Shown here piece after piece: positions 26,905 through 28,067 of a DNA stretch of 28,067 nucleotides (the stretch's first letter is position 1; every line of letters begins with the position of its first letter). Source of the DNA: Bdellovibrionota bacterium. Its GTDB lineage: Bacteria > Bdellovibrionota_C > UBA2361 > OMII01. The translations under genes were made by a program, and so were the position numbers. The notes beneath the pieces were generated by a model. That model was not told the DNA's origin. It saw only the letters and a list, made by a program, of their open reading frames with translations, and made no database searches. The stretch is from assembly GCA_044356215.1 (NCBI GenBank), contig JBIKWQ010000045.1, positions 1 to 28,067 of the forward strand, read 5' to 3'.

Positions 26905-27828
26905 CTACATTTTCCTCCGCGACAGCAGCGAGATAATAATCGCTTTTTGAGCATCCAACCTATTCTCGGCCTGATTAAAGATAATCGAGCGCGGGTCATC
27001 AACCAACTCACGTGATATCTCATAGCCAGCGTGAATCGGCATGTCATGCATCACTTTGGCGCGACTATTCTTCAGCAGTTCGTGGTTTAACTGGTACGGC
27101 AACATAAGCTCCAGCCTCTCCTCTTTCTGCTTGGCGAAAGCTGGATCGTTAAAGAACTCCATATCCACCCAGGTATCGGTGTACACGTAGTTTACGTTCT
27201 TAACAGCGTGTTTTATATCTTTCTCCCATGTAACTGTGCCACGCCCTTTGGCTCTATTAACCACCCGATCGATTAACGCTCCATCATTTACAAGTGGGGT
27301 GACTAACACAAGATGAACCCCTAGAGCCGCGGTCGCCTCAAGGAGTGAGTTTACCACGTTGTTGTGCACACCAACGTAGCAGAGTGTCTGATCCTTCAAC
27401 GTTCCCGCGTCTAAAGCGATCGTCATCATGTCAGCTAAGCTCTGACACGGGTGATAGAGGTTACAGCAACCGTTGACCACCGGCATCTCTGAGCCTTGCG
27501 CGATCTCGATTAGATCCTCGTGCTTTTTCATCCGCGCTACGATTAGCGATACGTTGCGTGAGAGATAACGGCTCTCAAATGGAATTTCGGTTAACTCAAA
27601 GTTTGAGGTCATCCAGTCGATATAGATCGCGTGGCCTCCCATCTCGGTCAGCGCCGCCTCAAAGGATACCCTGGTGCGAGTTGATGTTTTTTGGAAAAGC
27701 ATTGCGATGCTACGGCCAAGCATCGCCCCATTGTAATAGGTCCTGTTAGCTTTGACATACAGTGCAAAGTCCAGAAGCTCCTGAATCTCGCTGTCGCTCC
27801 ATCCTTCCCAAGATAATAGATCTCTCAT
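26905..27828 (-). CDS. argF: Ornithine carbamoyltransferase (HDMP variant)
   Basis: FQKTSTRTRVSFE, HPCQ, YTDTWV, MHDMP and QAENRL motifs. Confidence 0.85.
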   Translation of the reverse strand: MRDLLSWEGWSDSEIQELLDFALYVKANRTYYNGAMLGRSIAMLFQKTSTRTRVSFEAALTEMGGHAIYIDWMTSNFELTEIPFESRYLSRNVSLIVARMKKHEDLIEIAQGSEMPVVNGCCNLYHPCQSLADMMTIALDAGTLKDQTLCYVGVHNNVVNSLLEATAALGVHLVLVTPLVNDGALIDRVVNRAKGRGTVTWEKDIKHAVKNVNYVYTDTWVDMEFFNDPAFAKQKEERLELMLPYQLNHELLKNSRAKVMHDMPIHAGYEISRELVDDPRSIIFNQAENRLDAQKAIIISLLSRRKM

Positions 27829-27947
27829 GATTTTTGGCCTTAAAACGCTAAAAGCTAGGGTAATATTATATCATAAAGGTATGGGTGTCAGGTACCTTTA
27901 GTGAAGGCTTATCTCCTGCTCCGCTCCCTCATCTTGCTCGGTCAATC

Positions 27948-27978
27948 CCTAAGGAAGGCCGGCAAAACCCCTCCCTAC
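27948..27978. repeat. Short repeat GGAAGGCCGGCAAAACC, second copy
   Basis: 17-nt exact match to 23501-23517 within a similar hairpin context. Confidence 0.6.
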
Positions 27979-28020
27979 TGCGAAAGCGGATCTTGAGCCG
28001 CTCTTCGAGTTTTCGAGATG

Positions 28021-28067
28021 GAAAAAAATCCTCAATGTATCGCAGTGGATACACTTGCGGTTTTTTC
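28021..28067. repeat. Palindromic REP/MITE-like hairpin at the window end
   Basis: GAAAAAA..CCTCAA-TGTATC-gcagtg-GATACA-CTTGCGG-TTTTTTC imperfect stem-loop. Confidence 0.55.

Noticed and set aside
26883..27047. N-terminal 55 aa of the 144-aa ORF
   Set aside because: It overlaps argF in another frame; the antitoxin-like sequence starts at ATG 26882

Overview
A bacterial chromosomal segment, possibly a whole metagenomic contig because both ends terminate in palindromic repeats. It carries a cobalamin-riboswitch-controlled btuB-btuF-btuD uptake operon with no permease gene in the window, an AAA_14/DUF4143-type ATPase, and two large orphan proteins, one with a C-terminal PIN-like domain. It also has an SNase-like lipoprotein, a GT87 glycosyltransferase and leuA. 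A probable lipid-linked amino-sugar modification cluster follows (WecE/RffA, WbqC, GT2, DinB, an internally deleted methyltransferase, an N-formyltransferase and a GT-C-like membrane protein). The right part holds rpe-plsY, an RlmN-like radical SAM gene, an orphan BrnA-like antitoxin with a toxin remnant, and a divergent argF. The most striking non-coding signal is a 151-163 bp MITE-like element in four copies. It has (C/T)AGGG termini, 9-10 bp target-site duplications in three copies, covarying terminal repeats and a nested 29-bp palindrome built of 9-bp units.
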